A DNA stretch of 64,000 bases from Eledone cirrhosa (taxonomy: Eukaryota), in NCBI GenBank assembly GCA_964016885.1, contig OZ024741.1, forward strand, positions 100,440,001 to 100,504,000, read 5' to 3'. Each line of letters starts with the position of its first letter. Within the stretch, counting starts at the first letter, position 1. The position numbers and the translations under genes are program-made. The notes beneath the pieces are model-generated. The model ran no database searches. It saw only the letters and a list, made by a program, of their open reading frames with translations, and was not told where the DNA came from. Below are positions 1 through 14,650 of the stretch, in pieces.

Positions 1-3000
1 ATGTCCTAATGTGTTATGTTGTATTGTTTTACATAGGTGGTGCTTTATGTCCTAGTGTGTTATGTTGTAGTAGTTTACATAGGTTGTGCTTTATGTCCTA
101 GTGTGTTATGTTGTAATATTTTACATAGGGGGTGCTTTATGTCCTAGTGTGTTATTTTGTAGTGTTTTACATAGGTAGTGCTTTATGTCCTAGTGTGTTA
201 TGTTGTAGTGTTTTACATAGGTGGTGCTTTATGTCCTAGTGTGTTATGTTGTAGTGTTTTTCATAGGTGGTGCTTTATGTCCTAATGTGTTATGTTGTAG
301 TGTTTTACATAGGTGGTGCTTTATGACGTAGTGTGTTATGTTGTAGTATTTTACATAGGGGGTGCTTTATGTCCTAGTGTGTTATTTTGTAGTGTTTTAC
401 ATAGGTAGTGCTTTATGTCCTAGTGTGTTATGTTGTAGTGTTTTACATAGGTTATGCTTTAGGTCCTAGTGTGTTATGTTGTAGTGTTTTACATAGGTGG
501 TGCTTTATGTCCTAGTGTGTTATGTTGTAGTGTTTTACATAGGTGGTTCTTTATGTCCTAGTGTGTTATGTTGTAGTATTTTACATAGGTGGTGCTTTAT
601 GTCTTAGTGTGTTATGTTGTAGTGTTTTACATAGGTGGTGCTTTATGTCCTAGTGTGTTATGTTGTAGTGTTTTACATAGGTAGTGTAATATGTCCTACT
701 GCGTTATGTTGTAGTATTTTACATAGGTGGTGCTTTATGTCCTAGTGTGTTATGTTGTAGTGTTTTACATGGGTGGTGCTTTATGTCCTAGTGTGTTATA
801 TTGTAGTGTTTTACATAGGTGATGCTTTATGTCCTAGTGTGTTATGTTGTAGTGTTTTACATAGGTGGTGCTCTATGTCCTAGTGTGTTATGTTGTAGTA
901 TTTTACATAGGTGGTGCTTTATATCCTAGTGTGTTATGTTGTAGTATTTTACATAGGTGGTGCTTAATGTCCTAGTGTGTTATGTTGTAGTGTTTTACAT
1001 AGGTGATGCTTTATGTCCTAGTGTGTTATGTTGTAGTGTTTTACATAGGTGGTGCTTTATGTCCTAGTGTGTTATGTTCTAGTATTTTACATAGGTGGTG
1101 CTGTATGCCCTAGTGTGTTATGTTCTAGTATTTTACATAGGTGGTGCTTTATGTCCTAGTGTGTTATGTTGTAGTATGTTACATAGGTGGTGCTTTATGT
1201 CCTAGTGTGTTATGTGGTAGTGTTTTACATAGGTGGTGCTTTATGTCCTAGTGTGTTATGTTGTAGTGTTTTACATAGGTGGTGCTTTATGTCCTAGTGT
1301 GTTATGTTGTAGTATTTTACATAGGTGGTGCTTTATGTCCTAGTGCGTTATGTTGTAGTATTTTACATAAGTTGTGCTTTATGTCCTAGTGTGTTATGTT
1401 GTAGTATTTTACATAGGGGTGCTTTATGTCCTAGTGTGTTATGTTGTAGTGTTTTACATAGGTAGTGCTTTATGTCCTAGTGTGTTATGTTGTAGTGTTT
1501 TACATAGGTGGTGCTTTATGTCCTAGTGTGTTATGTTGTAGTGTTTTACATAGGTGCTGCTTTATGTCCTAGTGTGTTATGTTGTAGTGTTTTACATAGG
1601 TGGTGCTTTATGTCCTAGTGTGTTATGTTGTAGTGTTTTACATAGGTGGTGCTTTATGTCCTAGTGTGTTATGTTGTAGTGTTTTACATAGGTGGTGCTT
1701 TATGTCCTAGTGTGTTATGTTGTAGTGTTTTACATAGGTGGTGCTTTATGTCCTAATGTGTTATGTTGTAGTGTTTTACATAGGTGGTGCTTTATGTCCT
1801 AGTGTGTTATGTTGTAGTAGTTTACATAGGTTGTGCTTTATGTCCTAGTGTGTTATGTTGTAATATTTTACATAGGGGGTGCTTTATGTCCTAGTGTGTT
1901 ATTTTGTAGTGTTTTACATAGGTAGTGCTTTATGTCCTAGTGTGTTATGTTGTAGTGTTTTACATAGGTGGTGCTTTATGTCCTAGTGTGTTATGTTGTA
2001 GTGTTTTTCATAGGTGGTGCTTTATGTCCTAATGTGTTATGTTGTAGTGTTTTACATAGGTGGTGCTTTATGACGTAGTGTGTTATGTTGTAGTATTTTA
2101 CATAGGGGGTGCTTTATGTCCTAGTGTGTTATTTTGTAGTGTTTTACATAGGTAGTGCTTTATGTCCTAGTGTGTTATGTTGTAGTGTTTTACATAGGTG
2201 GTGCTTTATGTCCTAGTGTGTTATGTTGTAGTGTTTTACATAGGTGGTGCTTTATGTCCTAGTGTGTTATGTTGTAGTGTTTTACATAGGTGATGCTTTA
2301 TGTCCTAGTGTGTTATGTTGTAGTGTTTTACATAGGTGGTGCTCTATGTCCTAGTGTGTTATGTTGTAGTATTTTACATAGGTGGTGCTTTATATCCTAG
2401 TGTGTTATGTTGTAGTATTTTACATAGGTGGTGCTTAATGTCCTAGTGTGTTATGTTATAGTGTTTTACATAGGTGATGCTTTATGTCCTAATGTGTTAT
2501 GTTGTAGTGTTTTACATAGGTGGTGCTTTATGTCCTAGTGTGTTATGTTGTAGTGTTTTACATACGTGGTGCTTTATGTCCTAGTGTGTTATGTTGTAGT
2601 GTTTTACATAGGTGGTGCTTTATGTCCTAGTGTGTTATGTTGTAGTATGTTACATAGGTGGTGCTTTATGTCCTAGTGTGTTATGTGGTAGTGTTTTACA
2701 TAGGTGGTGCTTTATGTCCTAGTGTGTTATGTTGTAGTGTTTTACATAGGTGGTGCTTTATGTCCTAGTGTGTTATGTTGTAGTATTTTACATAGGTGGT
2801 GCTTTATGTCCTAGTGTGTTATGTTGTAGTATTTTACATAGGTTGTGCTTTATGTCCTAGTGTGTTATGTTGTAGTATTTTACATAGGGGTGCTTTATGT
2901 CCTAGTGTGTTATGTTGTAGTGTTTTACATAGGTAGTGCTTTATGTCCTAGTGTGTTATGTTGTAGTGTTTTACATAGGTGGTGCTTTATGTCCTAGTGT

Positions 3001-4169
3001 GTTATGTTGTAGTGTTTTACATAGGTGCTGCTTTATGTCCTAGTGTGTTATGTTGTAGTGTTTTAAATAGGTGGTGTTTTATGTCCTAGTGTGTTATGTT
3101 GTAGTGTTTTACATAGGTGGTGCTTTATGTCCTAGTGTGTTATGTTGTAGTGTTTTACATAGGTGGTGCTTTATGTCCTAGTGTGTTATGTTGTAGTGTT
3201 TTACATAGGTGGTGCTTTATGTCCTAATGTGTTATGTTGTATTGTTTTACATAGGTGGTGCTTTATGTCCTAGTGTGTTATGTTGTAGTAGTTTACATAG
3301 GTTGTGCTTTATGTCCTAGTGTGTTATGTTGTAATATTTTACATAGGGGGTGCTTTATGTCCTAGTGTGTTATTTTGTAGTGTTTTACATAGGTAGTGCT
3401 TTATGTCCTAGTGTGTTATGTTGTAGTGTTTTACATAGGTGGTGCTTTATGTCCTAGTGTGTTATGTTGTAGTGTTTTTCATAGGTGGTGCTTTATGTCC
3501 TAATGTGTTATGTTGTAGTGTTTTACATAGGTGGTGCTTTATGACGTAGTGTGTTATGTTGTAGTATTTTACATAGGGGGTGCTTTATGTCCTAGTGTGT
3601 TATTTTGTAGTGTTTTACATAGGTAGTGCTTTATGTCCTAGTGTGTTATGTTGTAGTGTTTTACATAGGTTATGCTTTAGGTCCTAGTGTGTTATGTTGT
3701 AGTGTTTTACATAGGTGGTGCTTTATGTCCTAGTGTGTTATGTTGTAGTGTTTTACATAGGTGGTTCTTTATGTCCTAGTGTGTTATGTTGTAGTATTTT
3801 ACATAGGTGGTGCTTTATGTCTTAGTGTGTTATGTTGTAGTGTTTTACATAGGTGGTGCTTTATGTCCTAGTGTGTTATGTTGTAGTGTTTTACATAGGT
3901 AGTGTAATATGTCCTACTGTGTTATGTTGTAGTATTTTACATAGGTGGTGCTTTTTGTCCTAGTGTGTTATGTTGTAGTGTTTTACATGGGTGGTGCTTT
4001 ATGTCCTAGTGTGTAATATTGTAGTGTTTTACATAGGTGATGCTTTATGTCCTAGTGTGTTATGTTGTAGTGTTTTACATAGGTGGTGCTCTATGTCCTA
4101 GTGTGTTATGTTGTAGTATTTTACATAGGTGGTGCTTTATGTCCTAGTGTGTTATGTTGTAGTATTTTA

Positions 4170-7100
4170 CATAGGTAGTGCTTTATGTCCTAGTGTGTTA
4201 TTTTGTAGTGTTTTACATAGGTAGTGCTTTATGTCCTAGTGTGTTATGTTGTAGTGTTTTACATAGGTGGTGCTTTATGTCCTAGTGTGTTATGTTGTAG
4301 TGTTTTTCATAGGTGGTGCTTTATGTCCTAATGTGTTATGTTGTAGTGTTTTACATAGGTGGTGCTTTATGACCTAGTGTGTTATGTTGTAGTATTTTAC
4401 ATAGGGGGTGCTTTATGTCCTAGTGTGTTATTTTGTAGTGTTTTACATAGGTAGTGCTTTATGTCCTAGTGTGTTATGTTGTAGTGTTTTACATAGGTGG
4501 TGCTTTATGTCCTAGTGTGTTATGTTGTAGTGTTTTACATAGGTGGTGCTTTATGTCCTTGTGTGTTATGTTGTAGTGTTTTACATAGGGGGTTCTTTAT
4601 GTCCTAGTGTGTTATGTTGTAGTATTTTACATAGGTGGTGCTTTATGTCTTAGTGTGTTATGTTGTAGTGTTTTACATAGGTGGTGCTTTATGTTCTAGT
4701 GTGTTATGTTGTAGTGTTTTACATGGGTAGTGTAATATGTCCTACTGTGTTATGTTGTAGTATTTTACATAGGTGGTGCTTTATGTCCTAGTGTGTTATG
4801 TTGTAGTGTTTTACATAGGTGGTGCTTTATGTCCTAGTGTGTTATGTTGTAGTGTTTTACATAGGTGATGCTTTATGTCCTAGTGTGTTATGTTGTAGTG
4901 TTTTACATAGGTGGTGCTCTATGTCCTAGTGTGTTATGTTGTAGTATTTTACATAGGTGGTGCTTTATATCCTAGTGTGTTATGTTGTAGTATTTTACAT
5001 AGGTGGTGCTTAATGTCCTAGTGTGTTATGTTGTAGCGTTTTACATAGGTGATGCTTTATGTCCTAATGTGTTATGTTGTAGTGTTTTACATAGGTGGTG
5101 CTTTATGTCCTAGTGTGTTATGCTGTAGTGTTTTACATACGTGGTGCTTTATGTCCTAGTGTGTTATGTTGTAGTGTTTTTCATAGGTGGTGCTTTATGT
5201 CCTAATGTGTTATGTTGTAGTGTTTTACATAGGTGGTGCTTTATGACGTAGTGTGTTATGTTGTAGTATTTTACATAGGGGGTGCTTTATGTCCTAGTGT
5301 GTTATTTTGTAGTGTTTTACATAGGTAGTGCTTTATGTCCTAGTGTGTTATGTTGTAGTGTTTTACATAGGTAGTGTAATATGTCCTACTGTGTTATGTT
5401 GTAGTATTTTACATAGGTGGTGCTTTTTGTCCTAGTGTGTTATGTTGTAGTGTTTTACATGGGTGGTGCTTTATGTCCTAGTGTGTTATATTGTAGTGTT
5501 TTACATAGGTGATGCTTTATGTCCTAGTGTGTTATGTTGTAGTGTTTTACATAGGTGGTGCTCTATGTCCTAGTGTGTTATGTTGTAGTATTTTACATAG
5601 GTGGTGCTTTATGTCCTAGTGTGTTATGTTGTAGTATTTTACATAGGTGGTGCTTTTTGTCCTAGTGTGTTATGTTGTAGTGTTTTACATGGGTGGTGCT
5701 TTATGTCCTAGTGTGTTATATTGTAGTGTTTTACATAGGTGGTGCTTTATGTCCTAGTGTGTTATGCTGTAGTGTTTTACTTACGTGGTGCTTTATGTCC
5801 TAGTGTGTTATGTTGTAGTGTTTTACATAGGTGGTGCTTTATGTCCTAGTGTGTTATGTTGTAGTATGTTACATAGGTGGTGCTTTATGTCCTAGTGTGT
5901 TATGTGGTAGTGTTTTACATAGGTGGTGCTTTATGTCCTAGTGTGTTATGTTGTAGTGTTTTACATAGGTGGTGCTTTATGTCCTAGTGTGTTATGTTGT
6001 AGTATTTTCCATAGGTGGTGCTTTATGTCCTAGTGTGTTATGTTGTAGTATTTTACATAGGTTGTGCTTTATGTCCTAGTGTGTTATGTTGTAGTATTTT
6101 ACATAGGGGTGCTTTATGTCCTAGTGTGTTATGTTGTAGTGTTTTACATAGGTAGTGCTTTATGTCCTAGTGTGTTATGTTGTAGTGTTTTACATAGGTG
6201 GTGCTTTATGTCCTAGTGTGTTATGTTGTAGTGTTTTACATAGGTGCTGCTTTGTGTCCTAGTGTGTTCTGTTGTAGTGTTTTAAATAGGTGGTGTTTTA
6301 TGTCCTAGTGTGTTATGTTGTAGTGTTTTACATAGGTGGTGCTTTATGTCCTAGTGTGTTATGTTGTAGTGTTTTACATAGGTGGTGCTTTATGTCCTAG
6401 TGTGTTATGTTGTAGTGTTTTACATAGGTGGTGCTTTATGTCCTAATGTGTTATGTTGTAGTGTTTTACATAGGTGGTGTTTTATGTCCTAGTGTGTTAT
6501 GTTGTAGTAGTTTACATAGGTTGTGCTTTATGTCCTAGTGTGTTATGTTGTAATATTTTACATAGGCGGTGCTTTATGTCCTAGTGTGTTATTTTGTAGT
6601 GTTTTATATAGGTAGTGCTTTATGTCCTAGTGTGTTATGTTGTAGTGTTTTACATAGGTGGTGCTTTATGTCCTAGTGTGTTATGTTGTAGTGTTTTTCA
6701 TAGGTGGTGCTTTATGTCCTAATGTGTTATGTTGTAGTGTTTTACATAGGTGGTGCTTTATGACGTAGTGTGTTATGTTGTAGTATTTTACATAGGGGGT
6801 GCTTTATGTCCTAGTGTGTTCTTTTGTAGTGTTTTACATAGGTAGTGCTTTATGTCCTAGTGTGTTATGTTGTAGTGTTTTACATAGGTTATGCTTTATG
6901 TCCTAGTGTGTTATGTTGTAGTGTTTTACATAGGTGGTGCTTTATGTCCTAGTGTGTTATGTTGTAGTGTTTTACATAGGTGGTTCTTTATGTCCTAGTG
7001 TGTTATGTTGTAGTATTTTACATAGGTGGTGCTTTATGTCTTAGTGTGTTATGTTGTAGTGTTTTACATAGGTGGTGCTTTATGTCCTAGTGTGTTATGT

Positions 7101-10100
7101 TGTAGTGTTTTACATAGGTAGTGTAATATATCCTACTGTGTTATGTTGTAGTATTTTACATAGGTGGTGCTTTTTGTCCTAGTGTGTTATGTTGTAGTGT
7201 TTTACATGGGTGGTGCTTTATGTCCTAGTGTGTTATATTGTAGTGTTTTACATAGGTGATGCTTTATGTCCTAGTGTGTTATGTTGTAGTGTTTTACATA
7301 GGTGGTGCTCTATGTCCTAGTGTGTTATGTTGTAGTATTTTACATAGGTGTTGCTTTATGTCCTAGTGTGTTATGTTGTAGTATTTTACATAGGGGGTGC
7401 TTTATGTCCTAGTGTGTTATTTTGTAGTGTTTTACATAGGTAGTGCTTTATGTCCTAGTGTGTTATGTTGTAGTGTTTTACATAGGTGGTGCTTTATGTC
7501 CTAGTGTGTTATGTTGTAGTGTTTTTCATAGGTGGTGCTTTATGTCCTAATGTGTTATGTTGTAGTGTTTTACATAGGTGGTGCTTTATGACCTAGTGTG
7601 TTATGTTGTAGTATTTTACATAGGGGGTGCTTTATGTCCTAGTGTGTTATTTTGTAGTGTTTTACATAGGTAGTGCTTTATGTCCTAGTGTGTTATGTTG
7701 TAGTGTTTTACATAGGTGGTGCTTTATGTCCTAGTGTGTTATGTTGTAGTGTTTTACATAGGTGGTGCTTTATGTCCTTGTGTGTTATGTTGTAGTGTTT
7801 TACATAGGGGGTTCTTTATGTCCTAGTGTGTTATGTTGTAGTATTTTACATAGGTGGTGCTTTATGTCTTAGTGTGTTATGTTGTAGTGTTTTACATAGG
7901 TGGTGCTTTATGTTCTAGTGTGTTATGTTGTAGTGTTTTACATGGGTAGTGTAATATGTCCTACTGTGTTATGTTGTAGTATTTTACATAGGTGGTGCTT
8001 TATGTCCTAGTGTGTTATGTTGTAGTGTTTTACATAGGTGGTGCTTTATGTCCTAGTGTGTTATGTTGTAGTGTTTTACATAGGTGATGCTTTATGTCCT
8101 AGTGTGTTATGTTGTAGTGTTTTACATAGGTGGTGCTCTATGTCCTAGTGTGTTATGTTGTAGTATTTTACATAGGTGGTGCTTTATATCCTAGTGTGTT
8201 ATGTTGTAGTATTTTACATAGGTGGTGCTTAATGTCCTAGTGTGTTATGTTGTAGCGTTTTACATAGGTGATGCTTTATGTCCTAATGTGTTATGTTGTA
8301 GTGTTTTACATAGGTGGTGCTTTATGTCCTAGTGTGTTATGCTGTAGTGTTTTACATACGTGGTGCTTTATGTCCTAGTGTGTTATGTTGTAGTGTTTTT
8401 CATAGGTGGTGCTTTATGTCCTAATGTGTTATGTTGTAGTGTTTTACATAGGTGGTGCTTTATGACGTAGTGTGTTATGTTGTAGTATTTTACATAGGGG
8501 GTGCTTTATGTCCTAGTGTGTTATTTTGTAGTGTTTTACATAGGTAGTGCTTTATGTCCTAGTGTGTTATGTTGTAGTGTTTTACATAGGTAGTGTAATA
8601 TGTCCTACTGTGTTATGTTGTAGTATTTTACATAGGTGGTGCTTTTTGTCCTAGTGTGTTATGTTGTAGTGTTTTACATGGGTGGTGCTTTATGTCCTAG
8701 TGTGTTATATTGTAGTGTTTTACATAGGTGATGCTTTATGTCCTAGTGTGTTATGTTGTAGTGTTTTACATAGGTGGTGCTCTATGTCCTAGTGTGTTAT
8801 GTTGTAGTATTTTACATAGGTGGTGCTTTATGTCCTAGTGTGTTATGTTGTAGTATTTTACATAGGTGGTGCTTTTTGTCCTAGTGTGTTATGTTGTAGT
8901 GTTTTACATGGGTGGTGCTTTATGTCCTAGTGTGTTATATTGTAGTGTTTTACATAGGTGGTGCTTTATGTCCTAGTGTGTTATGCTGTAGTGTTTTACT
9001 TACGTGGTGCTTTATGTCCTAGTGTGTTATGTTGTAGTGTTTTACATAGGTGGTGCTTTATGTCCTAGTGTGTTATGTTGTAGTATGTTACATAGGTGGT
9101 GCTTTATGTCCTAGTGTGTTATGTGGTAGTGTTTTACATAGGTGGTGCTTTATGTCCTAGTGTGTTATGTTGTAGTGTTTTACATAGGTGGTGCTTTATG
9201 TCCTAGTGTGTTATGTTGTAGTATTTTCCATAGGTGGTGCTTTATGTCCTAGTGTGTTATGTTGTAGTATTTTACATAGGTTGTGCTTTATGTCCTAGTG
9301 TGTTATGTTGTAGTATTTTACATAGGGGTGCTTTATGTCCTAGTGTGTTATGTTGTAGTGTTTTACATAGGTAGTGCTTTATGTCCTAGTGTGTTATGTT
9401 GTAGTGTTTTACATAGGTGGTGCTTTATGTCCTAGTGTGTTATGTTGTAGTGTTTTACATAGGTGCTGCTTTGTGTCCTAGTGTGTTCTGTTGTAGTGTT
9501 TTAAATAGGTGGTGTTTTATGTCCTAGTGTGTTATGTTGTAGTGTTTTACATAGGTGGTGCTTTATGTCCTAGTGTGTTATGTTGTAGTGTTTTACATAG
9601 GTGGTGCTTTATGTCCTAGTGTGTTATGTTGTAGTGTTTTACATAGGTGGTGCTTTATGTCCTAATGTGTTATGTTGTAGTGTTTTACATAGGTGGTGTT
9701 TTATGTCCTAGTGTGTTATGTTGTAGTAGTTTACATAGGTTGTGCTTTATGTCCTAGTGTGTTATGTTGTAATATTTTACATAGGCGGTGCTTTATGTCC
9801 TAGTGTGTTATTTTGTAGTGTTTTATATAGGTAGTGCTTTATGTCCTAGTGTGTTATGTTGTAGTGTTTTACATAGGTGGTGCTTTATGTCCTAGTGTGT
9901 TATGTTGTAGTGTTTTTCATAGGTGGTGCTTTATGTCCTAATGTGTTATGTTGTAGTGTTTTACATAGGTGGTGCTTTATGACGTAGTGTGTTATGTTGT
10001 AGTATTTTACATAGGGGGTGCTTTATGTCCTAGTGTGTTCTTTTGTAGTGTTTTACATAGGTAGTGCTTTATGTCCTAGTGTGTTATGTTGTAGTGTTTT

Positions 10101-10768
10101 ACATAGGTTATGCTTTATGTCCTAGTGTGTTATGTTGTAGTGTTTTACATAGGTGGTGCTTTATGTCCTAGTGTGTTATGTTGTAGTGTTTTACATAGGT
10201 GGTTCTTTATGTCCTAGTGTGTTATGTTGTAGTATTTTACATAGGTGGTGCTTTATGTCTTAGTGTGTTATGTTGTAGTGTTTTACATAGGTGGTGCTTT
10301 ATGTCCTAGTGTGTTATGTTGTAGTGTTTTACATAGGTAGTGTAATATATCCTACTGTGTTATGTTGTAGTATTTTACATAGGTGGTGCTTTTTGTCCTA
10401 GTGTGTTATGTTGTAGTGTTTTACATGGGTGGTGCTTTATGTCCTAGTGTGTTATATTGTAGTGTTTTACATAGGTGATGCTTTATGTCCTAGTGTGTTA
10501 TGTTGTAGTGTTTTACATAGGTGGTGCTCTATGTCCTAGTGTGTTATGTTGTAGTATTTTACATAGGTGTTGCTTTATGTCCTAGTGTGTTATGTTGTAG
10601 TATTTTACATAGGGGGTGCTTTATGTCCTAGTGTGTTATTTTGTAGTGTTTTACATAGGTAGTGCTTTATGTCCTAGTGTGTTATGTTGTAGTGTTTTAC
10701 ATAGGTGGTGCTTTATGTCCTAGTGTGTTATGTTGTAGTGTTTTTCATAGGTGGTGCTTTATGTCCTA
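4170..10768. repeat. Near-identical tandem block duplication, period 3,219 bp (70 monomers, one of 45 bp), about 2 copies
   Basis: Private variants are paired at offset 3219: GTAGCGTT (C at 5037/8256), TTACTTACG (5781/9000), ATAGGCGGT (C at 6567/9786). Confidence 0.9.
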
Positions 10769-13700
10769 GTGTGTTATGTTGTAGTATTTTACATAGGTGG
10801 TGCTTTATGTCTTAGTGTGTTATGTTGTAGTGTTTTACATAGGTAGTGTAATATGTCCTACTGTGTTATGTTGTAGTATTTTACATAGGTAGTGTAATAT
10901 GTCCTACTGTGTTATGTTGTAGTATTTTACATAGGTGGTGCTTTATGTCCTAGTGTGTTATGTTGTAGTGTTTTACATGGGTGGTGCTTTATGTCCTAGT
11001 GTGTTATATTGTAGTGTTTTACATAGGTGATGCTTTATGTCCTAGTGTGTTATGTTGTAGTATTTTACATAGGGGGTGCTTTATGTCCTAGTGTGTTATT
11101 TTGTAGTGTTTTACATAGGTGGTGCTCTATGTCCTAGTGTGTTATGTTGTAGTATTTTACATAGGTGGTGCTTTTTGTCCTAGTGTGTTATGTTGTAGTG
11201 TTTTACATGGGTGGTGCTTTATGTCCTAGTGTGTTATATTGTAGTGTTTTACATAGGTGATGCTTTATGTCCTAGTGTGTTATGTTGTAGTGTTTTACAT
11301 AGGTGGTGCTCTATGTCCTAGTGTGTTATGTTGTAGTATTTTACATAGGTGGTGCTTTATGTCCTATTGTGTTATGTTGTAGTATTTTACATAGGGGGTG
11401 CTTTATGTCCTAGTGTGTTATTTTGTAGTGTTTTACATAGGTAGTGCTTTATGTCCTAGTGTGTTATGTTGTAGTGTTTTACATAGGTGGTGCTTTATGT
11501 CCTAGTGTGTTATGTTGTAGTGTTTTTCATAGGTGGTGCTTTATGTCCTAATGTGTTATGTTGTAGTGTTTTACATAGGGGGTTCTTTATGTCCTAGTGT
11601 GTTATGTTGTAGTATTTTACATAGGTGGTGCTTTATGTCTTAGTGTGTTATGTTGTAGTGTTTTACATAGGTAGTGTAATATGTCCTACTGTGTTATGTT
11701 GTAGTATTTTACATAGGTGGTGCTTTATGTCCTAGTGTGTTATGTTGTAGTGTTTTACATGGGTGGTGCTTTATGTCCTAGTGTGTTATATTGTAGTGTT
11801 TTACATAGGTGATGCTTTATGTCCTAGTGTGTTATGTTGTAGTATTTTACATAGGGGGTGCTTTAAGTCCTAGTGTGTTATTTTGTAGTGTTTTACATAG
11901 GTGGTGCTCTATGTCCTAGTGTGTTATGTTGTAGTATTTTACATAGGTGGTGCTTTATGTCCTAGTGTGTTATGTTGTAGTATTTTACATAGGTGGTGCT
12001 TAATGTCCTAGTGTGTTATGTTGTAGTGTTTTACATAGGTGATGCTTTATGTCCTAATGTGTTATGTTGTAGTGTTTTACATACGTGGTGCTTTATGTCC
12101 TAGTGTGTTATGTTGTAGTGTTTTACATAGGTGGTGCTTTATGTCCTAGTGTGTTATGTTGTAGTATGTTACATAGGTGGTGCTTTATGTCCTAATGTGG
12201 TATGTTGTAGTGTTTTACATAGGTGGTGCTTTATGTCCTAGTGTGTTATGTTGTAGTAGTTTACATAGGTTGTGCTTTATGTCCTAGTGTGTTATGTTGT
12301 AATATTTTACATAGGGGGTGCTTTATGTCCTAGTGTGTTATTTTGTAGTGTTTTACATAGGTAGTGCTTTATGTCCTAGTGTGTTATGTTGTAGTGTTTT
12401 ACATAGGTGGTGCTTTATGTCCTAGTGTGTTATGTTGTAGTATTTTACATAGGTGGTGCTTTATGTCTTAGTGTGTTATGTTGTAGTGTTTTACATAGGT
12501 GGTGCTTTATGTCCTAGTGTGTTATGTTGTAGTGTTTTACATAGGTAGTGTAATATATCCTACTGTGTTATGTTGTAGTATTTTACATAGGTGGTGCTTT
12601 TTGTCCTAGTGTGTTATGTTGTAGTGTTTTACATGGGTGGTGCTTTATGTCCTAGTGTGTTATATTGTAGTGTTTTACATAGGTGATGCTTTATGTCCTA
12701 GTGTGTTATGTTGTAGTGTTTTACATAGGTGGTGCTCTATGTCCTAGTGTGTTATGTTGTAGTATTTTACATAGGTGTTGCTTTATGTCCTAGTGTGTTA
12801 TGTTGTAGTATTTTACATAGGGGGTGCTTTATGTCCTAGTGTGTTATTTTGTAGTGTTTTACATAGGTAGTGCTTTATGTCCTAGTGTGTTATGTTGTAG
12901 TGTTTTACATAGGTGGTGCTTTATGTCCTAGTGTGTTATGTTGTAGTGTTTTTCATAGGTGGTGCTTTATGTCCTAATGTGTTATGTTGTAGTGTTTTAC
13001 ATAGGGGGTTCTTTATGTCCTAGTGTGTTATGTTGTAGTATTTTACATAGGTGGTGCTTTATGTCTTAGTGTGTTATGTTGTAGTGTTTTACATAGGTAG
13101 TGTAATATGTCCTACTGTGTTATGTTGTAGTATTTTACATAGGTGGTGCTTTATGTCCTAGTGTGTTATGTTGTAGTGTTTTACATGGGTGGTGCTTTAT
13201 GTCCTAGTGTGTTATATTGTAGTGTTTTACATAGGTGATGCTTTATGTCCTAGTGTGTTATGTTGTAGTATTTTACATAGGGGGTGCTTTATGTCCTAGT
13301 GTGTTATTTTGTAGTGTTTTACATAGGTGGTGCTCTATGTCCTAGTGTGTTATGTTGTAGTATTTTACATAGGTGGTGCTTTTTGTCCTAGTGTGTTATG
13401 TTGTAGTGTTTTACATGGGTGGTGCTTTATGTCCTAGTGTGTTATATTGTAGTGTTTTACATAGGTGATGCTTTATGTCCTAGTGTGTTATGTTGTAGTG
13501 TTTTACATAGGTGGTGCTCTATGTCCTAGTGTGTTATGTTGTAGTATTTTACATAGGTGGTGCTTTATGTCCTATTGTGTTATGTTGTAGTATTTTACAT
13601 AGGGGGTGCTTTATGTCCTAGTGTGTTATTTTGTAGTGTTTTACATAGGTAGTGCTTTATGTCCTAGTGTGTTATGTTGTAGTGTTTTACATAGGTGGTG

Positions 13701-14650
13701 CTTTATGTCCTAGTGTGTTATGTTGTAGTGTTTTTCATAGGTGGTGCTTTATGTCCTAATGTGTTATGTTGTAGTGTTTTACATAGGGGGTTCTTTATGT
13801 CCTAGTGTGTTATGTTGTAGTATTTTACATAGGTGGTGCTTTATGTCTTAGTGTGTTATGTTGTAGTGTTTTACATAGGTAGTGTAATATGTCCTACTGT
13901 GTTATGTTGTAGTATTTTACATAGGTGGTGCTTTATGTCCTAGTGTGTTATGTTGTAGTGTTTTACATGGGTGGTGCTTTATGTCCTAGTGTGTTATATT
14001 GTAGTGTTTTACATAGGTGATGCTTTATGTCCTAGTGTGTTATGTTGTAGTATTTTACATAGGGGGTGCTTTAAGTCCTAGTGTGTTATTTTGTAGTGTT
14101 TTACATAGGTGGTGCTCTATGTCCTAGTGTGTTATGTTGTAGTATTTTACATAGGTGGTGCTTTATGTCCTAGTGTGTTATGTTGTAGTATTTTACATAG
14201 GTGGTGCTTAATGTCCTAGTGTGTTATGTTGTAGTGTTTTACATAGGAGATGCTTTATGTCCTAATGTGTTATGTTGTAGTGTTTTACATACGTGGTGCT
14301 TTATGTCCTAGTGTGTTATGTTGTAGTGTTTTACATAGGTGGTGCTTTATGTCCTAGTGTGTTATGTTGTAGTATGTTACATAGGTGGTGCTTTATGTCC
14401 TAATGTGGTATGTTGTAGTGTTTTACATAGGTGGTGCTTTATGTCCTAGTGTGTTATGTTGTAGTAGTTTACATAGGTTGTGCTTTATGTCCTAGTGTGT
14501 TATGTTGTAATATTTTACATAGGGGGTGCTTTATGTCCTAGTGTGTTATTTTGTAGTGTTTTACATAGGTAGTGCTTTATGTCCTAGTGTGTTATGTTGT
14601 AGTGTTTTACATAGGTGGTGCTTTATGTCCTAGTGTGTTATGTTGTAGTG
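10210..14650. repeat. Block duplication, period 2,208 bp (48 monomers), about 2 copies with a few differences
   Basis: Paired variants at offset 2208: TAATATATCCTACT (10351/12559), CCTATTGT (11367/13575), CTTTAAGTCC (11866/14074), AATGTGGTATG (12200/14408). Confidence 0.85.
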
